A stretch of DNA of 64,000 bases, from positions 6,627-70,626 of the forward strand of contig JBGRQE010000008.1 in assembly GCA_041725955.1 (NCBI GenBank), given 5' to 3'. Positions 22,238-31,435 of this stretch are shown here, piece after piece. Both the position numbers and the translations under genes were made by a program. The first letter of the stretch is position 1. The number at the start of each line of letters is the position of its first letter. The notes below the pieces were generated by a model, which was not told where the DNA came from, ran no database searches, and saw nothing but the letters and a program-made list of their open reading frames with translations. This stretch comes from Bacteroidales bacterium. GTDB taxonomy: Bacteria > Bacteroidota > Bacteroidia > Bacteroidales > JBGRPZ01.

Positions 22238-22430
22238 TCCGTATAATCATACGGCCCTACTATCTAACCCATAAATCTATGCGACAATGTTTATTGTCGA
22301 GGAATAATAATTGGGTTTGTTTTTTGGCAAATAAATATTTGCCTGTATGATATGAATCGTATTGTCGTAGGGCTGTATGATTATACAGCCGGTTAATTTT
22401 AAATTATCGGCAGATTTCCAAACCCTACGA
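22238..22430. repeat. Cluster of GTAG-type REP-like hairpins
   Basis: Minus-strand GTAGGGCCGTATGATTATACGGA (22260-22238) and plus-strand GTAGGGCTGTATGATTATACAGCC (22367-22390); a third, degenerate copy ends CCCTACGA at 22423-22430. Confidence 0.65.
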
Positions 22431-22619
22431 TCTCAAGATAATCCAATATCCCTGCTGGTGAAAATAATTCTAGTAAAGCTAAACTCATATCGTTTTATAG
22501 TGCAAAATTGTAAACTCTAAAAATTAGATCTCACTTTTACTGGTGATTCGGAATCAAGAACAGTAATGATTGCAACAGTCTCTAGTAAGCTAGCACTTTA
22601 ACTCAAGTAAGCTTTCGTT

Positions 22620-22751
22620 AAATACCTAGGAGGTTTTCATAAAATACCTAGGAGGTTTTTATTAAATACCTAGGAGGTTTTCATCAAATATCTAGGAGGT
22701 TTTCATCGAATATCTAGGAGGTTTTCATCAAATATCTAGGAGGTTTTTATC
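22620..22751. repeat. Six tandem 22-bp direct repeats, consensus AAATAYCTAGGAGGTTTTYATH
   Basis: Units start at 22620, 22642, 22664, 22686, 22708 and 22730 with no spacers. Confidence 0.95.
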
Positions 22752-22991
22752 CAAACTAAAGCAATAGCGATTGTGTTTTGACGTCATATCACAACAATAG
22801 ATAGTCGAAGAAACCTAAAAAAGCCTTTGGTCTCTAGGTGCATTCATTAGACATATATACCAAAATAGAGGTGCATTTAAAAAATGCTTCACCGAATTTC
22901 TTATAAAATCAAAATTCCCTTACCTTAGCATCCATTCCAGAATCAACCTCAATCAAAAAGATAATCAATCCATCGTGTAAAAAGTCAAATT

Positions 22992-23987
22992 ATGAAGCAT
23001 GTTCAATTAATTGCGAATATTGTTCTTATTGCCATTGGTTTAATATTTGGAGTTGTTTTTTTCCGCCCAGGATTTTACGACTTAAGTCTTATTATGTTTT
23101 CAATTGCTCTTGCAAGTATTTTATACCAACTTTTAGGTGGCATAAAAGAATCAAACTCATTCAATTTAGGAGCTATTAAATTTGGAGGATCAGCGGCTAT
23201 TCTTATTGGATTTATGTATTTCCTTGATCAAGTTATCTATCCAAGCCAAGAAGAACAAAATTCACAAAAACATGTACAAGAAATTTTCTCTAAAATGAAT
23301 TGGATACCAATAAATATCAATTCAGGAAAAATTCATGAGTTTCACTTTCCAGATATTCAATTCGCCAAAGTTTTTCCTAAGAAAGAAGTTCTAACACTCT
23401 TAGAAAGAAATAAAATTCCTTTTAATCCCAAAATCATTGAATCACCAAACATAAATCCACAATCAGATCTCACATTTAAAAATGCACTTAACGGTAAAGT
23501 TTTAAAAGCAGATGAATGGTTCGCGATCCATAAAGAAACAAAAACTCCATTTTGTTTGGAAGCAATATATAATAAAACAAAAACCATCCCCGATCCAGAA
23601 AAGAATAAAATTTATACGAAAAATGGATTTTACAAGGATACCTACATCCCTGTTGAAAAGTTAAGAGAAGACACCTTAGTTAGTATAAAACTAACATCAG
23701 AAAAACATTATGCTGAACCCTCAGAAACCAACACTCCTTTCCGAATCTCTCATGACATAGTATGTGCACGCTTTTCTGTGCTATATGACAACAAACCTCT
23801 GGTAACAGAAAGAAAGCTAAAAAAAGGCTTCTCTTGTCTAAAAATGATTGATACAATCTCGGCATACCTCCTCACATTAGAACAATGTAGAGCCGAGGAC
23901 TGCACGAATAAAGAAGGAAAAGAAATCAAAGCCTTTTCTAAATGGGTTATTCAGAAAGTATCTTTTGATGGTAAGCATATAGATTAG
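22992..23987 (+). CDS. Hypothetical protein with three N-terminal TM helices
   Basis: 331-aa ORF; hydrophobic N-terminus (KFGGSAAILIGFMYFL) and a soluble C-terminal region; no family recognised. Confidence 0.7.
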   Translation: MKHVQLIANIVLIAIGLIFGVVFFRPGFYDLSLIMFSIALASILYQLLGGIKESNSFNLGAIKFGGSAAILIGFMYFLDQVIYPSQEEQNSQKHVQEIFSKMNWIPININSGKIHEFHFPDIQFAKVFPKKEVLTLLERNKIPFNPKIIESPNINPQSDLTFKNALNGKVLKADEWFAIHKETKTPFCLEAIYNKTKTIPDPEKNKIYTKNGFYKDTYIPVEKLREDTLVSIKLTSEKHYAEPSETNTPFRISHDIVCARFSVLYDNKPLVTERKLKKGFSCLKMIDTISAYLLTLEQCRAEDCTNKEGKEIKAFSKWVIQKVSFDGKHID

Positions 23988-24015
23988 TTAACCTAAACAA
24001 TTTATCAAATCGTCT

Positions 24016-25782
24016 ATGAAAAAGTTTTTTTTACTTGTATTGATTTCCTTCATTTCTTTAGAGAATAACATTTTTTCTCAGAATAAACTACTGGGTCTTG
24101 ATAGTTTAAGAATTACTAAATTCAAAAACAATGCTTTTGAACCTCATAAAACATGCTCATATAAAAGAGATTATAAAGGCAGATTAACAGAAAGTATTGA
24201 ACAATTTTTTCATCCAGGAGTTGGCTACGAAAGAATGATCCTTCAATATACTTATGATAATGATGATCGAATTATTGAGGAAAATAAAATCGTGTATTTC
24301 CAATACCCTTACTATTACAATAATGAAAATACAAAATACAAATATTCTGAAAGCGGAGTATTGCTCGAAGAAATACGAATTTTGTCAGGTATCAAAAATG
24401 ACATCTCCGAAGAAAAAGAAAAGCACACCCATTTGTATAATCAATTTGGTAAGTTATTATTTTACGAATCCAGAATTAAAAACATTACCAAAAATAAAGA
24501 AGAATATGAATATTTTCAAGATACAATTTTGTTAAGATCATGGCTTTACAACACTGATTTCGAAACAAAAAAATTAAAACTGTACCAAAAAACAGAAACC
24601 CTTATTGAGAACAATCTTGCTGTAAAAAGAATTTGGAAAAGCAACCCCTACCCAAAAACAGAAGAATTAAAGCTTTCAAAGGAAAAAGAAATGACTTATA
24701 AGAACGATCAATTAAGCTACTGCCTTACCAAAAGTTACGATCCCTCTGACAATTCAAAAATCATACGTAAAACAGAAACCAATTATGAAAATGGTAATAA
24801 AGTAAAAGAGATTTCTTACGAACTAAAAAAAAATATACTTTCTCCGAAACAAAAAACAATTAATACATTTTATAAAAACAGCTCTTTACTGAAAGAGTGT
24901 TCTTTATATTACTATTCAAATAATGAATGGGAAAAATATTTCTACCGTGGAATTGAATACAACAAAAAAGGATATGAAACAAAAATAACAGAAACTACTA
25001 TAGATAATGAAAAATCAACTACCTCAATTTATTGTAACTATTTTGATGAGAAAGACAGGTTAATTCGAAAAGACAAAAAGTATTTAAACTCTGATTCATT
25101 TTCTTTTTTTAAAGAATGGAAATATACCTCATTTGACTTATTGAAAGAAGTTATAGAAAGATATCCTGGAAAAAAACAAAAAGAAGATGTATTGTATACT
25201 TATGATCCAGAACATCGATTACTAAAATATGAAAAAACAGTTATTGATGATCAAGGCCTCTCTTCAAAAGAAGAATTCATCTATACCTTTGACAATGAAG
25301 GCAACATAGTGAAAGTATTTAAAGATTATATTGGTTTTAGTAATTTATTGTATGACAATTTTGAGGTTTATCAAGATATAAAAACCACTGATCTACCAAA
25401 AAACACTTTCCCAAAAGTAGGTTTTGCAGACTCAAAAATGTTAGTAAAAGGCTTTATAAAAACTGAACCTTCTTCCCAAAAAAAGTTAAAATATCAATAT
25501 TTTTATTCCAGACCTACCTCGGTTTCAGAAATCAGCAACACCTTTAAAGGAAGAATATATCCCAATCCAAGCCATGGTGTTTTATATATTGAATTGAAAG
25601 AACCTTCATCAAATGCGATTGTTGAAATTTTTGATATGAAAGGACAAAGAATATATTTTCAACACTTCAATTCTAAAGATGTAATTGATACTTCAAAATT
25701 CGAAATAGGTACATATATATGTCTCGTTTATGGTAATGGAAGTACGTATTCCAGGAAAATATTAATATCAGGTTCAAAATAG
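24016..25782 (+). CDS. T9SS-secreted protein with YD-like beta-strand repeats
   Basis: Signal peptide; YTYDNDDRII, YTYDPEHRLL and YTFDNEGNIV repeats; C-terminal IYPNPSHG...IFDMKGQ...GTYI...RKILI type A CTD. Confidence 0.85.
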   Translation: MKKFFLLVLISFISLENNIFSQNKLLGLDSLRITKFKNNAFEPHKTCSYKRDYKGRLTESIEQFFHPGVGYERMILQYTYDNDDRIIEENKIVYFQYPYYYNNENTKYKYSESGVLLEEIRILSGIKNDISEEKEKHTHLYNQFGKLLFYESRIKNITKNKEEYEYFQDTILLRSWLYNTDFETKKLKLYQKTETLIENNLAVKRIWKSNPYPKTEELKLSKEKEMTYKNDQLSYCLTKSYDPSDNSKIIRKTETNYENGNKVKEISYELKKNILSPKQKTINTFYKNSSLLKECSLYYYSNNEWEKYFYRGIEYNKKGYETKITETTIDNEKSTTSIYCNYFDEKDRLIRKDKKYLNSDSFSFFKEWKYTSFDLLKEVIERYPGKKQKEDVLYTYDPEHRLLKYEKTVIDDQGLSSKEEFIYTFDNEGNIVKVFKDYIGFSNLLYDNFEVYQDIKTTDLPKNTFPKVGFADSKMLVKGFIKTEPSSQKKLKYQYFYSRPTSVSEISNTFKGRIYPNPSHGVLYIELKEPSSNAIVEIFDMKGQRIYFQHFNSKDVIDTSKFEIGTYICLVYGNGSTYSRKILISGSK

Positions 25783-25849
25783 AATCTTCAAAAGAACAAT
25801 TACTGATAAGCAGTAAGTAAATAGATCTTTATATTGATTCAGTGAAAGA

Positions 25850-25881
25850 AAAAGCGAGAGCTAAAAACAACTCTCGCTTTT
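25850..25881. terminator. Bidirectional intrinsic terminator
   Basis: AAAAGCGAGAG ... CTCTCGCTTTT between convergent genes. Confidence 0.75.
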
Positions 25882-25898
25882 CCCATTTCTATGTATTA

Positions 25899-27080
25899 TC
25901 ATTTCATTTTCACAAACAGCATCTTTCTATTTAATTTAAAGAAAGTAGAAATGGTTCTGTACTGAATAAATACAAATGGTATTAAGATCAGAAAATAAGC
26001 TATAGAGAACTGATCAATAATCTCATTCCTAAGGATTCCAAAATGAATAAAGAACATACCAAAGACAAAGAATGCCACCCCTGGGCAAATCAATGAAAAC
26101 GAAGCTGCACTTTGCTTTTTCCCTCCTACAAATTCATCAAAATACTTATTCTGCTTCATCACAAAATATCCTACAATACCATTGATAATTTGAAGACCTA
26201 GAATAAATGATCCCAACACCAACAATGTTGGATTAGACACCTTATCATTAAAATGATGATCTAACGACATCAATAGTCGAATAATGGTTATTCCTGCCAA
26301 AGTAAGAAATGGAATAATAATCCATAAACTAGGACTTCCCTCCTGCGAAATTCCTTTTTCAATTATACTTCGGAATCCCAATGTAAATTTTACTAAGCTT
26401 AATATTCCTGCAAGGCTCAAAAACAGTACAGACATTCCTAATCCTATAGCATTTACTACTAAATGATGACTCATAGCAGCAGGGGCTGCAAAACCAACAG
26501 CAATCATAGAAAAGGCAAAAATACTCAACAGATTACTTAAGTTATTGGTATTTACAAAATTCTGATCTCCTTCAATAATTACACGAATCATATATCTTCC
26601 AAAGATCTTCAATGCATAAATTCCCACCAAAGTGAAAAGAGTTAATGAAACAGGAAAAAGATATTCTACATAATCCCATAACCCAGGAATAAATACCACG
26701 GCCGAAACGATCAGAACATTAATACTCATTGCCAAAGTAAGAGGTACTGCCATCAGACTAATTGCCTGAGGTGAATTCAATACGTTTTTATAATTCAAAG
26801 TTTGTCGAAACACTTTAAATTCGCTTAAATTCCACGCCAACAATCTTAAATGAGTAACTCCAAACACAATGACTCCTGCCATTGCAGCATAAATCAAAAA
26901 CTGAATCCAAATCGGACTCTGGCTAGCAGTAGTCATAATATGATTAAATGTTGCCATAGGAACACCTTTATGAGGAACCATAAATTGCAGATACATAAAA
27001 AAGCTAATGGCTAATCCTCCTGAGCCTAATGCTGAGAGAAAATATAATGGGCTAAAGTTTTCTTTTAAGTTTCTTTTCAT
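25899..27080 (-). CDS. Polytopic membrane protein resembling the TsoY (seleno)protein family, Cys form
   Basis: N-terminal FSPLYFLSALGSGGLAISFFMYL, AVPLTLAMSIN, SLWIIIP and C-terminal SLICPGVA; about 10 TM. Family assignment is from recall. Confidence 0.6.
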   Translation of the reverse strand: MKRNLKENFSPLYFLSALGSGGLAISFFMYLQFMVPHKGVPMATFNHIMTTASQSPIWIQFLIYAAMAGVIVFGVTHLRLLAWNLSEFKVFRQTLNYKNVLNSPQAISLMAVPLTLAMSINVLIVSAVVFIPGLWDYVEYLFPVSLTLFTLVGIYALKIFGRYMIRVIIEGDQNFVNTNNLSNLLSIFAFSMIAVGFAAPAAMSHHLVVNAIGLGMSVLFLSLAGILSLVKFTLGFRSIIEKGISQEGSPSLWIIIPFLTLAGITIIRLLMSLDHHFNDKVSNPTLLVLGSFILGLQIINGIVGYFVMKQNKYFDEFVGGKKQSAASFSLICPGVAFFVFGMFFIHFGILRNEIIDQFSIAYFLILIPFVFIQYRTISTFFKLNRKMLFVKMK

Positions 27081-27111
27081 GATATTTTGCGTTATGTGTT
27101 ATGCTATTATA

Positions 27112-27148
27112 CTCCACTATATATAAATACACATTACCCATAGTGGAG
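27112..27148. other. Intercistronic stem-loop between the porin and membrane protein genes
   Basis: CTCCACTAT ... ATAGTGGAG inverted repeat. Confidence 0.45.
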
Positions 27149-27157
27149 CACTTTTAT

Positions 27158-28456
27158 TTAATTCTTTATTAATTGTGGTTTAAAGTGAATTTGAATATAT
27201 CCGAAGAAAGGCAGTCCTTCGGTTTGTCCTTGCACACCTTTAAGAACTTCAAGAGTATTTTCGGCCAGCATATAGCTCATTCCTAAATCGAGTCGTAAGT
27301 CTGGGCGGGGCTTGTAAGTAAGTACAAGATCAGTTTCCTGTCCTAAGCTCCGATTCACCTTTTGTATTGTGGGTACATTATTTACTTCCTGACCATAAAC
27401 ATATGGCTTATCTAATTGGAAGTAATGAATTGCCAGAAATGCACTTAACTTTGATTTTGGAAATAGATGAGCTGTTAGATAATAATCGAATATCCCTGCA
27501 TAAGAGGTTTGCTGAACAGGCTTTGCGAAATAATCCATAAAACCTAAATACTTATGACCCGGACCGAAAACATTATCAAAACTATTATCGTTGGTAGCAA
27601 ATTTACCGTCAGAAATATTTGACCCACTTCTATGATCTAAGTTTAATTTCAACTTCAAACTATTATCCCACTGGTAGCCTACAGAACCTGCAACAAGATA
27701 TGCACTCAAATCTTTTCCAAGGGGCGATTTTCCTGTTTGATAATAAAAGGCTCCATTCATCAAAAAGCCATTCAAATTCAACCATAAATCAGGTCCAAAG
27801 GTATTTCGAAGATAAATTGTTGAAGGCGTATCTTTTTTCTGACTACCATCACTTAGATATAACATAGACACCTTTAGCTTTTTGTCAAAAAAATCTTTAT
27901 GCCCCCACAAATAGCCAAAGTATTTGGGTTGATTTACTTGATACTGCTTCAAAAAAGGCTCTTTGATATCGGCATTTGAGTTATTATTAGCTCCCATAGC
28001 AAAATCTACACTCCACCCCTTTTGCCTATATCGTAAAAGAGCAAGATCGAGTGTTTGTCCAAAATCTTGCCATTCGGCAGTAGTAAATATTCTTTTATCA
28101 TCATAGGCTACCACCTGACGACCAATTTTAAAATCCCAGTTTGGAGCAAAATCATACTTCATCCAGGCTTCAAATAAGTCTAATGTATTGGTATTAGTAC
28201 GGAATTTTGACTGCCCCCAAACTCGAGCATCCTGAAAGCTAAGTTTAAGAGTAAATTCATCTTTTTTATATTTACCAATTAGGCGGGTTCTTTGGTGTAC
28301 AAGAAAATATCCATTTGTATTTTTTGTAGGAAGTGTTTTGTATCCATTGCGATACTCACCACGAGCACGTAATTCGGCATCTAAACTGAACTGAGCCTTT
28401 ATTGAAGAAAGGCCTATTATTGAGAATATAGCGATGAGTAAAATTTGTTTTTTCAT
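27158..28456 (-). CDS. Alginate-export-family outer-membrane beta-barrel (porin)
   Basis: Signal peptide; AELRARGEYRNG, QRTRL, FQDARVWG, KIGRQ..YDD.RI, HKYLGFMDYF, LGQETDL motifs. Confidence 0.8.
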   Translation of the reverse strand: MKKQILLIAIFSIIGLSSIKAQFSLDAELRARGEYRNGYKTLPTKNTNGYFLVHQRTRLIGKYKKDEFTLKLSFQDARVWGQSKFRTNTNTLDLFEAWMKYDFAPNWDFKIGRQVVAYDDKRIFTTAEWQDFGQTLDLALLRYRQKGWSVDFAMGANNNSNADIKEPFLKQYQVNQPKYFGYLWGHKDFFDKKLKVSMLYLSDGSQKKDTPSTIYLRNTFGPDLWLNLNGFLMNGAFYYQTGKSPLGKDLSAYLVAGSVGYQWDNSLKLKLNLDHRSGSNISDGKFATNDNSFDNVFGPGHKYLGFMDYFAKPVQQTSYAGIFDYYLTAHLFPKSKLSAFLAIHYFQLDKPYVYGQEVNNVPTIQKVNRSLGQETDLVLTYKPRPDLRLDLGMSYMLAENTLEVLKGVQGQTEGLPFFGYIQIHFKPQLIKN

Positions 28457-28486
28457 GGAATAATGTTTTTGAAAGAATTACTGATT

Positions 28487-28494
28487 CAAAATTA
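28487..28494 (-). promoter_or_regulatory. -7 promoter element for the porin operon
   Basis: CAAAATTA on plus equals TAATTTTG on minus, about 30 bp upstream of the start. Confidence 0.55.
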
Positions 28495-28527
28495 AGTGAG
28501 GTAAGCGCTATTTCAGCGGTCTGAACA

Positions 28528-28585
28528 ATGGCATCTGTCAGTATGTTTTCTGTTAAATGACAACAAAAAAGTTGATATTTGTCAC
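28528..28585. promoter_or_regulatory. Two putative Crp/Fnr-family binding sites
   Basis: TTGAT-ATTT-GTCAC (28572-28585) and ATGGC-ATCT-GTCAG (28528-28541) resemble the TTGAT-N4-ATCAA / TGA-N6-TCA box; they lie between a Crp/Fnr gene and the divergent operon. Confidence 0.45.
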
Positions 28586-28606
28586 CTTTAAAAAGACAGA
28601 CAGTTT

Positions 28607-29302
28607 ATGGAAAAAGAAACTACAGAAAGCTTTTGCTGTGAGCATAGCCCAGAGCATTATCCTGTATTCAAAACCCTTAATAAGGATGAGTTTGAGAAAC
28701 TAGAATCTCATGCCCGAATTATTACGTTTAACAAAGGAGAAAACCTCTTTAAACAAGGAATGCCCGCTTCTGTGGTTATGTATATACGGTCGGGGATAGT
28801 CAAAATTACAAAGGAAGGAACACAAGGAGTTGTTAATCTAAATTTACTCAATTCTTGTAATTTCCTGGCTTTATCTGTGTTATCATTAAAAAAAGAATTT
28901 CCATATAGTGCCTATGCGTTAACGAAAGTAGAAGTGGTTGCTTACGACATTGCTTTCTTCTCACAAACCATGATGCTTAATGCTGCTTTTGCAAGTGGTT
29001 TATTTCATGTTATGGCTCAAAATCAGATGATGCTAAGTGAACGCTTCTATAGTTTATGCTCTAAACAAATGCATGGCAGAATGGCAGATATATTAATCTG
29101 CATTGCTAAGCGCATTTACAAGAAACCCAGTTTTGAGCTTCAGTTATCTCGGCAAGATTTAGGCGATTTAACAGGAATGGCCAAAGAAAGTGCCATACGT
29201 ATATTGAAAGATATGGAACGAGACGGACTTATTAGAATAAAGGCAAAAAACATTCAGATTATCGATTTTGAAGGCTTATCGCAATTGAGCCGGATTGGCT
29301 AG
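28607..29302 (+). CDS. Crp/Fnr family transcriptional regulator
   Basis: cNMP-like domain (FNKGENLFKQG...SGIVKI) and HTH LSRQDLGDLTGMAKESAIRILKDM; N-terminal CCEH. Confidence 0.93.
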   Translation: MEKETTESFCCEHSPEHYPVFKTLNKDEFEKLESHARIITFNKGENLFKQGMPASVVMYIRSGIVKITKEGTQGVVNLNLLNSCNFLALSVLSLKKEFPYSAYALTKVEVVAYDIAFFSQTMMLNAAFASGLFHVMAQNQMMLSERFYSLCSKQMHGRMADILICIAKRIYKKPSFELQLSRQDLGDLTGMAKESAIRILKDMERDGLIRIKAKNIQIIDFEGLSQLSRIG

Positions 29303-29381
29303 AAATAGCAAAAGAGTAAAATATTTGTTTAGTTTTGCGTGCTTGAATCGGTTTTATTCGTGATGAATAAAACCACTAGAT

Positions 29382-30119
29382 ATGGCGAAGAATATGAATA
29401 AACTGATAAAACAAATTCCTAACTTAATTACTTCTGGAAACCTATTATGTGGTAGTTTTTCGGTAGTAGCTTCATTTAGTGGTCGATTAGACATTGCTGC
29501 ATTGCTAATTATTCTTGGAGCAGTTTTCGACTTCTTTGATGGAATGGTTGCGCGTTTGCTTAAGGCTAGCGGTCCTATTGGTCTTCAGCTAGACTCATTG
29601 GCCGATATGGTTTCTTTTGGCTTGGCTCCTGCAGTTATTATCTTTGAAATGCTGCAAAACTCTAGTCCTTCAACAACTATTCAGATTGCCGGAATTCCAT
29701 TGATTGCCTATTTCGCCTTTATTCATGTACCCTTTGCGGCATATCGTTTGGCAAAGTTTAATGTCGACACAAGACAACATACTTCATTTATAGGGCTTCC
29801 TACTCCTGCAAGTGCATTGGTATTATTATCATTCCCATTGATTGTGAAATATGAAGCACTGCGATTTCCTCATTTAGTACTAACATTTACCAACACCTGG
29901 TTTTTGCTTATAACTACCTTTATCTTAAGCTTGCTGATGGTATCTGAACTACCATTGTTTTCTCTGAAATTCAAAAAGGGTGATAAGGACAATATAGTGA
30001 GGATAATATTTTTAATCGTAGCGGTTGTATTGCTAGGCTTCTTCCATTTTTTGGCAATACCTGTAATTATTCTGATTTATATTATCGTTAGTCTGTTTAG
30101 GTATAAGAAAGAAAAGTAG
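29382..30119 (+). CDS. pssA: CDP-diacylglycerol--serine O-phosphatidyltransferase (CDP-alcohol phosphatidyltransferase family)
   Basis: IPNLITSGNLLCG, DFFDGMVAR...GLQLDSLADMVSFGLAP, RLAKFN, FIGLPTP. Confidence 0.88.
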   Translation: MAKNMNKLIKQIPNLITSGNLLCGSFSVVASFSGRLDIAALLIILGAVFDFFDGMVARLLKASGPIGLQLDSLADMVSFGLAPAVIIFEMLQNSSPSTTIQIAGIPLIAYFAFIHVPFAAYRLAKFNVDTRQHTSFIGLPTPASALVLLSFPLIVKYEALRFPHLVLTFTNTWFLLITTFILSLLMVSELPLFSLKFKKGDKDNIVRIIFLIVAVVLLGFFHFLAIPVIILIYIIVSLFRYKKEK

Positions 30120-30120
30120 T

Positions 30121-30304
30121 GTTTCGGGTTTGGTGTTTCGTGATTCGGGTTTCGTGATTCGTGATTCGGGTCGTTAATCCTAGAAGACTAAAGAATATAT
30201 AATATAGCCCTGTATTAATAAATGGGGTATATTGAAATCACATAAAAGACAATCAAATAAAGATAAAACTCGAAATCCGAAACACGAATCACCCAACCCA
30301 AATC
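30121..30304. repeat. Inverted pair of heptamer tandem-repeat tracts (GWTTCGK x7 and reverse complement x about 5)
   Basis: 30121-30169: GTTTCGG GTTTGGT GTTTCGT GATTCGG GTTTCGT GATTCGT GATTCGG; 30270-30304: TCGAAAT CCGAAAC ACGAATC ACCCAAC CCAAATC. Confidence 0.85.
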
Positions 30305-30308
30305 ATAA

Positions 30309-31055
30309 CTATATCTTTCGGGGCTTTACCTTACCGAAAATAGAACGTAATCTGAGCGACATTACTCCAAAGAAAGCTTCTTTGAATATTCCCCCACTCA
30401 TTTTTGAAGTTCCTTCTGTTCGGTCGGTAAAGATAATATCTACTTCTTTCAGGTTAAATCCAAGCTTAATTGAGGTAAACTTCATTTCTATTTGAAATGC
30501 ATATCCCATAAACTTGATTTTATCTAAATCGATAGTTTCCAGCACCTTTCTTGTATAACACACAAAACCTGCAGTGGTATCACGAACAGAGATTCCGGTA
30601 ATCATACGAACATAAGCAGAAGCATAGTAAGACATCAATACACGTCCCATTGGCCAATTTACAACGTTCACTCCATTTATATATCGGGAGCCTACGGCCA
30701 AATCGGCGCCATCTTCAGCACAAGCTTTATGCAAACGAATTAAATCGTCTGGATTATGCGAGAAATCGGCATCCATCTCAGTAACATAATTATAATTACG
30801 CTCTAACGCCCATTTAAATCCATGGATATATGCTGTACCAAGACCCAGCTTACCTTTTCTTTCTTCAATAAACAAACGGCCCTCAAATTCTTTCATCAAA
30901 CGTTTTACAATTTGAGCAGTTCCATCGGGCGAATTGTCCTCAACAATCAGTATATGAAAGTCGAGTTCCAAAGAGAATACCTTACGAATAATCTTCTCGA
31001 TATTTTCTTTCTCATTGTATGTAGGAATTATAACTAATCTATCTGACACTTTCAC
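30309..31055 (-). CDS. Polyprenol-monophosphomannose synthase (GT2, Dpm1-like)
   Basis: VIIPTYNEKENI, DNSPDGT, KLGLGTAY, EMDADFSHNP, GSRY, GYAFQIEMK, FTDRTEGTSKMS. Confidence 0.92.
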   Translation of the reverse strand: MKVSDRLVIIPTYNEKENIEKIIRKVFSLELDFHILIVEDNSPDGTAQIVKRLMKEFEGRLFIEERKGKLGLGTAYIHGFKWALERNYNYVTEMDADFSHNPDDLIRLHKACAEDGADLAVGSRYINGVNVVNWPMGRVLMSYYASAYVRMITGISVRDTTAGFVCYTRKVLETIDLDKIKFMGYAFQIEMKFTSIKLGFNLKEVDIIFTDRTEGTSKMSGGIFKEAFFGVMSLRLRSIFGKVKPRKI

Positions 31056-31435
31056 TCGGTTTTAATTTAGTGTACGCGAAAGTAATACTTAAGCAATTAA
31101 TCAACAAATTTTATCTGCTTTTAGTATAATCAAAAGACAATAGTGTAAGGAGTTTATTTATTTAACATCCACTTTTCGCTCTCGATTCTAAATAAGAGTT
31201 CACATCTAAAATTTAGTCTAAAACCATAATAATCATTAATTATTCTGGTTAATTTTGAACTGATTTTTAGTCATACATGAATCAACAATAGTCGGCAAAT
31301 ACTATTTTGGGGCAATTATAATGATCGCAAGTTTCTGAATAACAAGCTTTGAAAGTTGAATTACATTTCAACCTTCATAAGTTGGCCTTCGAAACACAAC
31401 ATCATTTAAATCATTTAGCTTAAGGGGTTTCTATA

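Noticed and set aside
21938-22246. 102-aa ORF
   Set aside because: Overlaps tRNA-Gly, tRNA-Leu and their terminator; shadow ORF.
22620-22751. CRISPR array or tandem Shine-Dalgarno sites (AGGAGG in each unit)
   Set aside because: No spacers between units; no start codon or ORF follows the AGGAGG, and Bacteroidota rarely use SD sequences.
24016-25782. Rhs polymorphic toxin
   Set aside because: No Rhs core DPxG motif, toxin domain or immunity gene; the protein ends in a T9SS CTD.
25896-25901. TGA stop of the TsoY-like gene as a selenocysteine codon
   Set aside because: The TGA is immediately followed by TAA, and the candidate redox position (LICPG) is already Cys.
30232-30495. 87-aa ORF
   Set aside because: Made of the heptamer repeat tract plus the antisense strand of the GT2 gene.
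31351-31376. Imperfect inverted repeat GAAAGTTGAA-N6-TTCAACCTTC upstream of the FMN-binding gene
   Set aside because: Could be an operator, but there is a single instance and no cognate regulator to support it.
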